A DNA stretch of 64,000 nt from the human T2T-CHM13v2.0 reference genome, Homo sapiens. The translations under genes were made by a program, and so were the position numbers. Below the pieces are notes generated by a model that saw only the letters and a list, made by a program, of their open reading frames with translations, made no database searches and was not told where the DNA came from. Shown here one piece after another: positions 52,323 to 64,000 of the stretch. Every line of letters starts with the position of its first letter. The stretch's first letter is position 1. The DNA lies in the NCBI RefSeq assembly GCF_009914755.1, contig NC_060938.1; one strand, 5' to 3'.

Positions 52323-53599
52323 AAATAGCTGTAGCTCTTTATACTTAGGAAAGAATTGCCTTCACTCTGGAATCTGATTTTCTATCAGTTTGCTGAGAAT
52401 GTTGCCTTTTATCCCCCAGGTTCAGGGTTTGAGCTTTATGGTTCCTAGTTCTGTCTCATCGAAACATCAGCTATGATTTTTTATCTCCTTCCGTCCATTT
52501 TATTTTTTTTTCTCTGTAGAAGACTACAACAAAAAGTGTCACTGACCACCCATTTCTAATTTTCCAGCTTATTAGATGATTCACAAACTAAACTACCAAT
52601 CAAATCCTTGGCTTACCGATGGAATAGAAATATGGTCTTTACTTTTATGATTTCACTTAAAATATTTTCTAAGTGCTTCTTTTTTTATTCCTGATAGCTA
52701 TTTCTTATACAGATAAAATAAACAAAACATAAGCATAAATTATAATCGCACTCAATATTCACAGTAACCCTGAAATTCATATTAAGGAAAATGGGTGATA
52801 GGCAATGCTGAAAAATATTTTGAGGGGGAGACATATTGTAAGTCATATTTTAATAGATTTTGTTCATTTTATTTTTAAAGGGAAGACTCAAACTGTAAAG
52901 TGGGGAAGAAAGAATAAGTAAGGGCATGAACCCTTGTCTATAGACACAGCATGGTGCTTGTGACAGATGCTGAAAATGCCATCTTTAGAATCAGATAAAA
53001 ACCAGTTTGACCACAACTATGTGTTTATTTTAAAATATGAAAATAAATAATAAGCAGCAGCAGCATCTTTTTTTTTTTTTTGAGAGAGCAACATCTTAAC
53101 CATGAAATCAGATATGAATCTGATTGACTCACTCAGTGGGGATATGAGAGCCAAAGAGGAGGAAACGAAATCACAGGGGAGTTGCCCTGAACAGACATTG
53201 GGGGCTGGATCAAATGGGCCAGGTGGTCGGACACCCAAAAGCCTATTGCATGCAGCCGGCATTTTGTTGGCCCTGGCAACTTCATAGCGTGACCATCTTA
53301 CGTGTATATAAGTTTTTCCCAATGGCTAATGTCTGACTTTCACGTTTCTTTATCCCAGCCACTGCTTCTCCCAAAGGAGTAACGTTACTTCTTTGTTATG
53401 AGATGAGATTCTTAGATCCTTATGTTTGTACCTTGATAGAGTAAACTTAGATTTTTGAACATCTGGAAATGATTTGTTGGTATATACTTAGATGAGTTAA
53501 ACACATCTCTAAAAAGAAAGCCTCTCTCCCTGGTCAACTTTTTCTTCTTTGTTTTCCTTTCCTTTTTTTTTTTAAGTTTGGCCACAGTTCACTTTCGCT

Positions 53600-54400
53600 C
53601 CTGTCATTCTACAATAGCCATTCAAGTCCAACCAAGTCTTACACTGGAGTTATGCTAAAGCTCATCATGCACCCATACATTTTTATGCAGCAGGACTCAA
53701 ATTAAGTTTTTCTTTTCTTCCAAGTAGATTGCCTCTTCAGTTTTCTGCTGCTACTTTTTCAATCACCTGGGCTTGAAATTTGAGAATCATCAGCAGCAGA
53801 TCATTTGCTATAACATCTAATCTTTCAACTGGTATTTTTATCTACACTATATTTCAGAATTTTTTTCTTCTGTTTCTCACCGATAACAGTTTTGTCCTGG
53901 TCTTCCTCATTTCCTGTCTGTACAAACCAAATATCATTCATCTAATCTCTTTAACCTCTCTCTTCTGTCCCTCTTACAATCTGTATAAACACTTATTGTA
54001 GCTTAATAATCCTAACAGATTTCTTCTTCTTGGTCATTTTTTCTTTCCAGAAACCTACAATGACTATATTTTGCCTGTTGAATGAAGTCAGTTCATGATA
54101 CTTACAAAGATAATCCTATGTTTATATAGCCTTTCAGAGTTTTCAAAATATTTTGAAATCCCCTACTCATTTTTGTCTTCACAGAGTAGAAAGTATTGTT
54201 TCTCTTTTAAGCATGAAGAAAACAGTACAGACACCTGTCATCAGCCTGCTTCATACCTTTGCATGTATTTCTCTTCCTGCTTAGAATACCATCTTTCCTT
54301 TCTTTTGTTTATTTCAATGCTAGCAATTCTTCAACAACCCATGTCAAATACCACCTCTTCAGTGAACGTTTTGTCTGTTGATTCTCTGTAGACAGCATTC
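53600..54400 (+). mobile_element. Highly degraded L2 fragments
   Basis: Pyrimidine-rich L2-like motifs (ggactcaaatt, cctggtcttcctcatttc, gtcaaataccacctcttcagtgaa); boundaries uncertain. Confidence 0.5.
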
Positions 54401-56008
54401 TTTATCCTTGTTCCTGAGTTGGTCATATTTTCTCAGTAAAATACTGTTTTAAAAGAATTTAATCAAATGGAATATTTTTTAAAGAATTCTCAGCTCTTTA
54501 AGCTTTTATTTAAAAAAAAAAAGAACTCATTTTCCCCTTAATGTGACTTTTTGGGCACTTGTATAAGCTATTCTGATTGTCAAATTGGTGTTAGGAATTG
54601 GAGACAAAGGTTAAATTAGACTCTGCTAGACACTTAGAACAACTCCAATACTTTATGGCAATGAACATCCATTGTACATATATTTAAAAGATAGTAACTC
54701 TTCAGAAAAACAATTATACCAGTAAAAAATATATATGTATTTATTTTTATATGTACACTATTCACAGTTTTAATGTTGCATTTAAACATTTTCCTCAGTT
54801 TAATATTAAGGGGTAGTATTTTGACTCTTTTAGGTATTCAGAATCTAAACCTGTTAAGTAACTGGCAAGTTAACATTTCAGATCATCATAATACAAAGTT
54901 TGACATAACAATTTTATGTGTCAAAGTAATTTTCCTCCAATATACATTTTCCATGTAAGAAGTTAGGTAGTTTTATTTCTATTTTAATGTAATAGAGTTT
55001 GAAATTCACACATCATTTTATCCTAAAGCAATGTGAGGAAATAGAGGTGGTATCTATCTTATTATAGGAATTCTTGGCTCTTGGGCTTAGCAATGATCAT
55101 GAGGAGTCTGTGCTTGCCTTGAGAGCAAGGGGACAGATTTTGGAAATGTGCAGTATTTGGTAAAGGTAATGAAGCAGGAGGTACAGCTCATCTAGAGTTT
55201 CAAATAAACTACCTGCTAGTGGCTTGACAGAAAGAAAAAGCATTGGCTTTAAAAATAACTCTGTCCTCCACTTTGTTTTAAGCCTGATGTATTCCAAAGA
55301 TATAAGTAGAGAGGACAATTTTTAACAAGTTGAAGGGAGGCAGCATTTCTTTTAGAAAGCAGCAGGCATGCAACCCTGATGGTGTTGGTATTTCTGCCTC
55401 TGCCTTCATCATTCTAGATCTGGTAATTAGAAACTCAGAATCCCAGGAGAAACTTTTGCCTAATTTTGTGTTGATTGTCTCATAGTTAAATTTTAAAGAC
55501 ACATTGTGCATCGTAAGCCAAGAAATAAGTGTAGGCAATACAGTTCTACTTTTTGCTCCATTGTTTTAGATTTCCTTCAAGTTCTATACACAACCAGATG
55601 GATTACATGCAGAGGATGATAAAGTTGATTGATTGAGCAGCATTCCAGGACCTGCAAGGTCATATTTTCACCTTGATTCATTGAAATTAGGTAGACACAC
55701 AATTTAAGTGATTTTCAATCAAATCATGATGAAATGTTAAAATTGTTACCTTGGATATATTTAATAATAGTAAAACATTGCCTGTTCTCATTTTTCCACA
55801 ATTATTCATGGCATTTTATTACAATTTTTTTAAATTGTAGATTCATCAACTCAACAAGATGGTTCTTTTAATTTATAAAGGAAATATTCCAAGAGTTCTT
55901 TTAATTTATAAAAGAAATATTCCAAGAAAACCAAAATGAAGAATTTTAATTTTCTTAATGAAAATAAGAGTGGTTTATTTAAAAATGATTTGAAAAAGTA
56001 ACTGATTT

Positions 56009-57102
<1,094 letters not shown>

Positions 57103-57642
57103 ACCATTTGACCCAGCCGTCCCATTACTGGGTATATACCCAAAGGATTATAAATCATGCTGCTATAAGGACACATGCACACATATGTTTATTGCGGCAC
57201 TATTCACAATAGCAAAGACTTGGAACCAGCCCAAATGTCCAACAATGATAGACTGGATTAAGAAAATGTGGCACATATGCACCATGGAATACTATGCGGC
57301 CATAAAAAATGATGAGTTCATATCCTTTGTAGAGACATGGATGAAGCTGGATACCATCATTCTCAGCAAACGATTGCAAGGACAAAAAACCAAACACCGC
57401 ATGTTCTCACTCATAGGTGAGAATTGAACAGTGAGAACACATGGACACAGGAAGGGGAACATCACACACTGGGGCCTGTTGTGGGGTAGGGGGAGGGGGG
57501 AAGGATAGCATTAGGAGATATACCTAATGTAAATGATGAGTTAATGGGTGCAGCACACCAACATAGCACATGTATACATATGTAAAAAACCTGCATGCTG
57601 TGCACCTATGCCCTAAAACTTAAAGTATAATAATAAAAAAAA
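57103..57642 (+). mobile_element. L1PA4-like element, sense 3' portion (ORF2 C-terminus, 3' UTR, polyA)
   Basis: ORF 57185-57427 MFIAALFTIAKTWNQPKCP...; G-rich UTR; AATAAA 57632-57637; 17-bp TSD gaaaaagtaactgattt (55992-56008, 57643-57659) encloses both halves. Confidence 0.96.
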
Positions 57643-58769
57643 GAAAAAGTAACTGATTTGAGAATGATAATCCAGACAGATGTTTTAAAGAAAATAAACC
57701 CAAATGCTTCCATTTAATATTATGTACTGTGATGTTATTTAGATTATTAATAGTCTATACTCATATGATTTAACTAGATTTTATTAGGAGAGGTAGATAT
57801 AATGAGAAGAGTTAGTGTCTGAATGGTACTAGGGATATTTGGGGAAGTGGCTTAAATCTGTCTTGAACTCCCTCTGCTGAGCTGTTGCTTTTTTCTTCTC
57901 CTTCTAGCAAATCCTTTCACACTATAAATGTGAATGATAGAAGGTGATCTACAGATATTCATTTCCTTCCTCTCCTTTTCTGAGCCATCAGGCCCAGTGG
58001 CAGCCTGACCTCTTGCCTCCCACTTCATCAGGGCAGTCTTGGTCTCCTCACTTGGAGAGTTCCTCAGAGACCAGGGACCTAAGGCCTCCAACTGCACTTT
58101 GTAGCCTGGTCCCCACTTCCATTATTCTTCCTGAGTTCCCAGAGTTTCTCTCCATAAGTTTCTCTCAGTAACTGGTCATATTTCTTGAGGTAATATGGAA
58201 AAGAGCCTAGCAGAAAGGCAGGCACAGAGTGAGTGAGTGCTGTTTAAGTTCTAGCTACCATCATCACTACTACCTACTGAGAATACTCTTTTCTTCTTTG
58301 GTAGCTTTCTTGAAACAAGGTCCCTCGTGTTAATTCAAGGCAGCTGCTGTGATGAGGAGATACTCATCCAAGCCTAGCCCCTTGGCTAGTAGGGGAAAGG
58401 TAGCAATAAGGACAATCCCTAACTGGGTACCAGAATTATCCTAACACTTCGGACTTCTGAAACTCTGTCACTGAACTCTGCTCTCTGGCATCACTTCAAA
58501 GAACTATCAAGTAGACTTAAAACATGGGCTTTGACATTACTTTTCAGTTTAGTAATAGTATTAACTGCTCTGTAAAATTTTCTAAGGAGTCATATTTTCT
58601 TCATCTTTTACAATATATTTTTTCTCCCTATGGATTTCACAATCTCTATTATATGCTAATGGCTTTGAACTTAACCTTTTCTGTGATATTTGGTAAGAGC
58701 AATGCATTACATTTTTTTTCATTTTATAACAGCAAATAAAGTAAAAGCTAACATTTGATAAATTAGGCT

Positions 58770-58965
58770 CTGTCTTATGGGCTGTACATGTGTTCACTTA
58801 CTGAATTCTCACACCAGTACTAGCGGGGAAGTACTATTTTTCTATGCTTGAGAAAAGTGAGGTGGAGAGATTAGTAATTCACCCAAGGTAAATTGTAGAG
58901 CCAGCATGCATAAGTCAGCAATGTAGATCTGGGGCCCAAGCTTGTGACTACTATATTCTGCTACT
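58770..58965 (-). mobile_element. MIR relic
   Basis: tgagaaaagtgagg..gagattagtaattcacccaagg; approximate. Confidence 0.55.
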
Positions 58966-59814
58966 TTCTTTGTTACTTTTTTACTTGAAATATTTAAATC
59001 AACCCCTTAAAAAAGGAATCTACGTTGGCTTTCTGATAGTCTATCATTAGATTACCTTGGAAATCACTGTCCATGATTTCCTTTATTAGTGGCACTTTAA
59101 AGAAAATTACATTTTAGATAATATATATTTATATAAGAAGTAGAGATAGGTATATATTGTATACTTACATATGTATATGCACTTATTTATATACTTAAAT
59201 ATGTAATATAAATAAAAATATATCAATACATATACACACACATTTATTTAGACTATACTCTAAGATAAATTTTGTGCTTCAGAAGCTAACATTGCGGAAT
59301 TGTTATAAAAGTGTGATGTCCTTTGGGGAAGTCATTGCATTTCCCATTCTTGAAGCTCACTTTTAACTTAATCTGAAATTAAAGAGGCCTAACTGGCTAA
59401 AACAATGTAAAGGATGAGTTTAAATGCACAGTTTCCTTCCTTTTTATATATGATAGCAGTGAAAGGATGTGTTTTAATTTGTGGACCTCCCACCTAGGAC
59501 CATTTCAACAGCTTTGAATACCTGAGAAAAATATCAACTGCTAAGCCAAAATTATCCTTCTTGTAGGAGACTAAAATAGAATAATTCAGATTGAAGAGAG
59601 AGCTCATATCTAGGTTCCAAGTCTCACACCATAACCCATCAATGAGAATCCTTACCTCTAAGCCAAAGATGATTATGCCATTTTAGATATGGTTGCCATT
59701 TTACTGCTTCAGGAACTTACATAGATGAAGTAAAAGCAGTATTTAAAAACTAAATACAATTTAATTATTGCCTACTGTATCTGATACTTTACTATATTCC
59801 TTATGTACACTTGG

Positions 59815-59920
59815 TTCAATCACCTCATTTTACAGATGAGATAAGAAAACTGAGGCTCATGGAGAGTGATTGGATCAAGGTCATTCAGCTAATGCATGGC
59901 CAATATAGGTCTTGACCCTT
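59815..59920 (-). mobile_element. MIR relic
   Basis: cattttacagatgag...aaactgaggctc...caaggtca..cagcta. Confidence 0.7.
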
Positions 59921-62509
59921 TATCTCTCCATCTGATGAGCTTGTTAAAGACTCCCCAAGGAAATCTCAAATATTTTTATAGAGCACTGTTAATGGAATCT
60001 TGTATGGCTAGTACTCTAGCCACTACAGATATTTGTATTCCTATCCTGGGTATTGTCAACAGCTCTTATTGATCAGCTTTAGAGATAAATATCAAAGGTC
60101 TGAATGCAGAGGACTGTTAGGAAAGTTGCTGCCTTAAAAAATTCTCTCTCATTTTCTATCCAAAAGAGACACATTTGGAATATCTGACTTAGCAAGGCAA
60201 AGAATTGTTTGGGATGGGTAATTGCCAGCTTGACATTTGTTATTATGGCTTTGTCATTTTTACCCTGTAGTTTATGAAATCTGCTATTGTATATTGCCCA
60301 AAGGCTTTTAAAAATCAATGGTTGCATTTTAAAGCATATAGAATAAAATAAATTAAATGCCACAATTCACATTGTATAATTTTAAGACTTTGGGGAAGCT
60401 GGGCATATCAAGGTCAGGCTATTCTTGGGGTATTAAGAATACTAGAAGATATTGCTTCCAGCTCATTGTACTTTCTATATATTTTATGGTGTGAATTTTA
60501 CTACATAAATGTACAAATGAGAATATATTAAGTGAATATATACAGATAGAAGATTTTTGAAATTTAATGCTGCTGAGGTAGCAGCACCAGCATTTAAGGA
60601 TCTTGACTTATGAGAGGACTGTAGACATCTAGTGTCCTTTCTGTCATCTCATCAAAATGTAGAATAGAGAATTAAGAACAGGGAGGAGCTGTGTTTGCAT
60701 GAATTGAAAGACTTTGTAGGCACTCCAAATGCTTATGAAATCTCAACCATGAAATTAAGCTTTTTTCCCCTATATGCCTTTATAATATAAGCCAATATTC
60801 TTCTTCATGAAGGTAGAATAGAATTTATTGACACATTTTTCTGGAGCTTGTCTCACTAAATAAAAATTTTCAAAAGAATTTAAGTTTGAAACAATTTAAA
60901 ATATTATCTTTTTATATTTAAATCACTGACTAGATTGTAACCACCTTAAACTGTATTACAGATTTCCTGAGGTGGGGATCTGCATGTGTAATTGTTTGAA
61001 TCCAGCAAAACGTGGAGCCCAGCATTGGGCATGCAGAGGAGTGCTATCGGCACATATTGGGATGAAGTGAGTCTTGGCCACTCTGCTCCTACATAGTGAA
61101 GAGCCAGTCGTACTCACTCTAGTTCCTCTCAGACTTGTGAAGAATTTGGCATCTACTTGTCCATACAACAAGTTTCATTTTATCTCCTACTGTATGCCTA
61201 AGGATGACATAAAAATTAAAAACATAATTACTATATTCTTCTTGATTTTTTTTTCAGCTGCTAAGTTTCAGAATGGCCTGTGATAGGGGACTTTCCCAAA
61301 GAGGTGTAGGTCTTATGTGAACTTGGCCCCAGGTGATTTAACCTCCCAGTGACCTTGTCATTAAAGCCCCTTCTCTTGTCCATTGGACAAGGATGCCCAG
61401 TCCCAGGACAGCATTTCTGCTGCCTTTTTGATCTGAAGTCTTGGAGCCTGCTCTTGTTACTGGCTGCTTTCTCTCTTAATGAATACAGACCTGCTTGATC
61501 TCTTCCCCAGCTTAGACTTTTTGACTCCTTCCTGTATCAATTTACGAGATGCTATCTCTCCATAGAAGATTTTGTAAATAAAACTAATATAGTAAGACAT
61601 AATTATGTAAAATTATCAAGTCTTTGAGGTGGCAGGACCCTTTATTCTGTGGTTTCTCATGGTTCCTGTTGTCTTCATTGCCATACAATTGGCCTTGTCT
61701 TTGATGTTTATTTGCTATGGATTTCTTTATTTCTCCTTTATTGTATCTCTTTTTTTTGCATTCAAATGTAACCACTCCTCTACTGGTTTGCAGATTTGCT
61801 TCATGTCACTCCATGAGGAACTTATCAGTCAGCTATGATATGCCTATCACTTACTGAACACTGTGAGAAAGATGCCCAAATATACTTGACGTAGCCTCTA
61901 CCTAAGTTCTTAAGGAGCTTAGGAACTTGGAGAAGATGTTTCTGTTTTTTCCATGCCAGTCTAGGTCATGGATACTGGAAAATTGAAAGCTCATTTGTAT
62001 GTGTTTAAGCTGAAGGACGATGTTGATATTCCCTATTGTAATATTTTCTCTGTGCGTTTACCCTCCTTGCTTCTCTGAGAGAGACAGAGGAGGAAGGCAG
62101 TCCTGGAAAGGGCTTTTTTGCCTCTCTAATTCACATCTTCTGTGCCAGCTGTCATTACTGATTCCCTTGAAGTGAAAGGTCATGGCAGACTAATGCTTTC
62201 TTGAAGTATGGCCGGTAAAGCTGCGATCTAGTGCATCCACCCTTCCATTTGTTTCCCCGATTTCCAGGCAAGGCTTAGAAATGCTTAGTAGGACTTTGAT
62301 ACATAGTCGCCTAGGAAACAGTGACTTATTTTATCTAAAATATTGTATCATAAAGTGTGTTTCAAAATAAAATTTCAAATAAATTAAAATAGAAATTTCA
62401 AAATAAAAATAGCTAAAATCTGTTAAATACCCTCTGTCAGGCTTTAGTGAAAATCCTTTACCATATTAAAGTTTAATCGACACAACACCCTCCTAAGTTG
62501 GTACCTTGT

Positions 62510-62660
62510 TGTCTTCCTCATTTTATAGATGAGAAAGCAGAGGCATGGAGAAGATAAAGATGGATCTATGTACTTATCTTTCCCAACACCCAAATTTAGT
62601 AAGTGGCAGAGCTGGGATTTGAACTCAGGTCAGAATAGGTCTTGAACCACTATGAATCAC
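62510..62660 (-). mobile_element. MIR relic
   Basis: cattttatagatgagaaagcagaggc...agtaagtggcagagctgggatttgaactcagg. Confidence 0.75.
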
Positions 62661-63130
62661 TCTGTTAATCACATGCTCCTTTGAGCAGGAACTAAACATA
62701 GGCATTTAGATAAGGAAACGTGCAAATAAGGTGACTTGACTTTGAGGGGTTAATAATTATTGACCTATATACTATTTAGTAGTTTTAGGTTCTTGGCTCA
62801 AATAATTAGTTAGGGAAACAATGAGAAAATGAGAATACAAGTCAGGGTGTTAGGAATGAATTAAGACAAAGAGGTTCCAGCTCACGAGCATGACTTCAGA
62901 TGGCCTCTGATATACAAAACAATGGCTGCCAATGCCAAAAAGCTTTATTCGTATTTTCATGACTTTATCTTAAGGCATTAATACCTGTTAAAATCCCAAA
63001 TGTCCTAATAGGGAAGCAGGGAGGGGGGTATGGGGAGGGAGGGCAAGAATAAACTGAAATACTCATTCAACCAGTGATTTACAGAACTATGCAAATTACA
63101 AAGTGACAACTACCTATACTTTAACAGAGG

Positions 63131-63562
63131 TGTCTTGGGGTCTGATTCTCTGGAAGCAGAGCCTAAGATGGGATTCTTGGGCGGGTGCAGTAGTGAGGGA
63201 GTGCTCTCAAGTGAAACCTGTGAGAGACCGAGGGACACAGGACAGGGCAGGGGAAGGACAGCCTCAGTCTGATCCCATGGGGAGCTCTGGAGCAGAAACT
63301 CTCCATGGAATTAAGGAAAGCGGTTGGCCTTTTGTACCCCAGATAAGTCAGTCATTGACTTATTCCCCTACCACCCTCTCCTTCCTAGTATAGCCTCCCA
63401 GACATTTCCAGAAGACTTGGCTCCCAGAGACTGAGAGTAATGCTTGAGAGAATGATACAGCTGTAAACAATTGGCAGCCATACTTTCAGCAGCTGGGGAA
63501 TGAGTGATTGACCCTATAAAAGGAAGGGGTAGTAGAAAGGCACCCCAACACCGTGTACCACA
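63131..63562 (-). mobile_element. LTR16-like ERVL solo LTR
   Basis: tgtc...gaagcagagcctaagatgggattc...ggcagccatactttcagcagctgggg...ggcacc..aaca...accaca, with TG...CA ends. Confidence 0.7.
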
Positions 63563-63679
63563 AAGGACTTCCACAAAATACTCTGAGAGAATAGAAGAGG
63601 AAAGATAAATTCCACCTGGTGGTGATGATATTTATAGTTATTAACAGTGTAGTATGAATAAGGCATTTGAGTTATAAAG

Positions 63680-63730
63680 GTGTGTGTGTGTAAGAGAGAG
63701 GGAGATGGAGGGAGAGAGGGAAGAAGAGAG
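63680..63730. repeat. Short (TG)n followed by a purine-rich GA repeat
   Basis: Read directly. Confidence 0.75.
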
Positions 63731-64000
63731 CATTAAGTGGAAAAGGGAGAGATGGAAGGGACTTCCTACTTCAAAATTCTGCTCTAGTATTTAAAAAGCT
63801 TAATTACATAGGTTTTTAGAATTCACCAGAAGAGGAATGAGGACCATTGATAAGGTGGCTGGATTACATGTTTTCCCTCTGGAAGATCGTAATTAAAGAA
63901 CAGCTTTGGTTTTCTTTTTTGTTTTTTAAAATAACTTTGTGGCTTTAGCCTGTTAAGCACATATCACAACCATGAGTTATTTGACAGGCCATCCTAGAAT

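Noticed and set aside
60567-60595. TGAGGTAG (let-7 5' end) inside a small hairpin
   Set aside because: The match stops after 8 nt, lies over the loop, and the 7-bp stem is far too short for a pre-miRNA.
61901-61930. Imperfect 11-bp hairpin aagttcttaag/cttaggaactt
   Set aside because: Short and mismatched; plausible by chance.

Overview
Primate (most likely human) genomic DNA from inside NPAS3, a bHLH-PAS neuronal transcription factor gene transcribed on the + strand. The window has one coding exon, 8384-8628 (245 nt), which holds the whole bHLH domain. The rest is AT-rich intron: about 8.4 kb upstream and more than 55 kb downstream, with no next exon. The introns carry ordinary primate and mammalian repeats (Alus, two L1s, five solo LTRs, hAT MER elements, MIR/L2 relics, microsatellites) separated by multi-kb stretches with no repeat I could recognise, which look regulatory. 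I found no evidence of a new multi-gene system; nearly all ORF-track entries are repeat-derived or random. The most notable observations are: a twin-primed L1 inversion with visible priming microhomology; a probable ancient L1 3' transduction; a strong 3' splice site beside a (UG)n tract resembling a TDP-43-repressed cryptic exon; possible routes to a bHLH-only or NMD-targeted transcript; a close inverted Alu pair; and candidate enhancers. Repeat subfamily names come from recalled consensus sequences, and boundaries of old repeats are approximate.
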